This document shows, in pieces, positions 63,956 through 64,000 of a DNA stretch of 64,000 nucleotides. Source of the DNA: Marsupella aquatica (lineage: Eukaryota > Plantae > Marchantiophyta); the NCBI GenBank assembly GCA_973895155.1, contig OZ316896.1, positions 12,690,549 through 12,754,548 on the forward strand, given 5' to 3'. The translations under genes and the position numbers were made by a program. The notes below the pieces were generated by a model. That model was not told where the DNA came from. It did not search any database and worked only from the letters and a program-made list of their open reading frames with translations. Numbering within the stretch: the first letter of the stretch is position 1; every line of letters begins with the position of its first letter.

Positions 63956-64000
63956 TCTAAGGGGGGGACTTTACAGTTACTCGGGGGTAGCAGATCTTTT

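Overview
Land-plant nuclear genomic DNA (spliceosomal GT-AG introns, plant Ty1/copia LTR elements, TRM and SRA-domain genes). The species is not determined; a non-seed plant is plausible but not shown. Five protein-coding loci are supported. (1) A minus-strand multi-exon gene at about 111-5688 that the ORF track fragments; I reconstructed phase-consistent exons but do not recognise the product. (2) A 7-exon TRM/LONGIFOLIA-family gene at 25743-32036. (3) An intronless basic orphan ORF at 47507-48007 (-). (4) Head-to-head with it, an 803-aa SUVH-type SRA/YDG protein with no SET domain at 50638-53049. (5) An 8-exon alpha/beta-hydrolase gene at 55831-61568. The intergenic DNA holds a non-coding short-LTR retroelement (10912-17369, TSD AAAAT). 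Its primer site is complementary to the 5' half of tRNA-Ile, and a doubly deleted Tnt1-like copia (12193-15094, TSD CACTT) is nested inside it. There are also two related solo LTRs, a perfect 26-bp hairpin, a MITE-like element and many local tandem duplications. No CRISPR array, rRNA or intact tRNA was seen. All exon and repeat coordinates were read by eye.
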